Shown: piece by piece, positions 62,218-64,000 of the stretch
How the letters are laid out: each line of letters starts with the position of its first letter
Position numbering within the stretch: position 1 is the first letter of the stretch
Origin: Somniosus microcephalus
Taxonomy: Eukaryota
Direction of reading: 5' to 3'
Assembly: GCA_052327205.1 (NCBI GenBank)
Contig: JBMRGM010000040.1
Span: forward strand, 22,196,001 to 22,260,000
DNA length: 64,000 nucleotides
The notes under the pieces: model-generated
Told to the model about the DNA's origin: nothing
What the model saw: the letters and a program-made list of their open reading frames with translations, nothing else
The model's database searches: none
Translations under genes and position numbers: made by a program

Positions 62218-64000
62218 TGTGGTGATTATTCCTTGATTAGTAAAAGTATTGTGATTCGTTGTTTGTTAACTGCCTTGGGATATGTGTTGTAATCTCATTG
62301 GTAGTTGATGATCACATGATGTGTTGTGGCTACCTTAAATTCAGTCCTTTTCTAGCTTTAGTTGGGACTGGATGTAGAAAGATATGCTGCCGATTTTACA
62401 GTTAATAAAGCCTAACTTTGGAAGGCAAATCTATTCTTTATTTCAATTTATTAACTTTATGTTAGAATGGAGCGATATCTTCAACCAGAACGATTCAAGG
62501 CTGACCCCAATTCTGCTGGAGAGGATGATAAATGGAAACATTGGTATTGTACATTTAAAAACTTTTTGGGCGTGTTGGATCAAGAGGCTCTAAATAAGCT
62601 GAATATGCTGATCAACTACATTGACCCGGATGTATATAAATATATTTTGCACTGTAAAATTTATGAAGAGGCTACTTCTACATTGGAAAGATTTTTGTTA
62701 AACCAAGAATGAGGTATTTGCACGTCATCTTCTATCTGCCCGTAGGCAGCAGGTGGGATAATCTTTGGATAATTATTTACAAGCACTTCGGTGCCTTAGT
62801 GTTGACTGCAATTATAAGGCTGTGACGGCTGAAGAATATAAGGACGAATCGGTACGGGATGCTTTTATTAATGGATTACTGTCTAGATCAATTCGTCAGC
62901 GGTTGTTAGAAAATAAGACTCTGGATCTTAAAAGTGCTTTTGAGCAAGCTTCTACATTGGATATGGCTCAGAGAAGTTCGGATTCTTATGCTCTTTCTAA
63001 TCGGCCTGCGACTATGGTTTCGGCAGTTTCGGATGAAAAGGAATTATGTGGACTTAATGTGAGTGGTTTACTAGATTTTGAAACAGTTTCTACTTCGGCG
63101 GCCGTTGCCTCTAGGATTCAGAAGTGTTATTTTTGTGGGAATATCCAGCACCCTCGTCTGATGTGTCCTGCTCGGGAGGCTGTGTGTAGTAAATGCGGCA
63201 AAAGAGGTCATTATGCACGTGTGTGCAAATCATCAGGTTCAATTACCTTCCCTTCTCCTGGTGTGGGAGGGTCTTCCTCCACTACCTCTTCTGTGACTAT
63301 TCAGCCTTTAGATAGGTCGTTTATTGCATCAATTTCTGCTGCATTTGCTCATGGCCGAAACAAAGCTATAGTTACGGCTCAAGTTAATGGGTTGGAAGTG
63401 AAGGCCCTTATAGATACGGGCAGTACTGAGAGTTTTATCAGTCTTCAGTTTGCGAAGGAGAAGCATTTGAAAATTTCGCCTGTTACGTATCAGGTGTGTA
63501 TGGCTCAGACGACCCTTACTTCACAAATAGCTGGTTGTTGCTTTGTGAAATTGGTTCTTCTAGGTAATACGTATACTGATATATGCCTATCTGTTTTGCC
63601 TAATCTCTGTGTGGATATTTTGATTGGACATGATGTGCTTCAGTTACACGAGTCTCTTAGTCTTTCATTTGGAGGGACTAAGCCACCTTTATCTATTTGT
63701 GGATTAAACTCTTTATCTATTCCTCCATTATCACTTTTTTCCAATTTGATGTCGGATTGTAAGCCAATTGCTACCAAGTCAAGAAGATATAGTAGTCAGG
63801 ATAGAGAATTTATTAATTCTGAAGTTCAACGTCTCTTATTGTAAGGAACCATTGAACCTAGTTGTTCGCCTTGGCGAGCACAGGTAGTTGTCACAACTAA
63901 CGAGAGACACAAGAAACGAATGGTGATAGACTATTCCCAAACTATTAATAGGTATACTCAATTAGATGCGTACCCTTTGCCTAAGATTGATGAGCTTATC
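62218..64000 (+). mobile_element. Ty3/Gypsy LTR retrotransposon (Mag-like), 5' part: putative LTR, gag, protease, start of RT; disrupted
   Basis: Starts TGT where the satellite stops, with AATAAA near 62404. gag starts at 62467 with a frameshift near 62700. Two zinc knuckles (CYFCGNIQHPRLMC, CSKCGKRGHYARVC), protease ALIDTGS, an in-frame TAA at 63842-63844, then RT SPWRAQVVV...RMVIDY...DAYPLP. Confidence 0.93.

Overview
Eukaryotic, repeat-rich vertebrate DNA. The CR1 LINEs, V-SINE-type SINEs and NLR architecture point to a cartilaginous fish (inferred, not searched). The main gene is a minus-strand NLR immune receptor (death-fold-like N-terminal part, FISNA-like segment, NACHT, RI-type LRRs). 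Eight coding exons can be traced from 60007 down to the stop at 31353, with canonical GT-AG sites and matching phases: 2697 nt, 898 aa plus stop. Its 5'-most exon(s) are probably beyond the right edge. A 22-kb intron holds a ~15.4-kb 39-bp satellite with higher-order structure, plus CR1s and V-SINEs. Upstream of exon 59836-60007 lie a 45-bp satellite and a Gypsy/Ty3 LTR retrotransposon. The left part holds two head-to-head PIF/Harbinger-like elements carrying an intron-containing Myb/SANT-like gene, a triplicated ~850-bp unit, a gapped (CT)n field and many CR1 fragments. No prokaryotic features are present. Most ORFs in the supplied track are repeat artefacts. Repeat boundaries are approximate unless a TSD or splice site is quoted.
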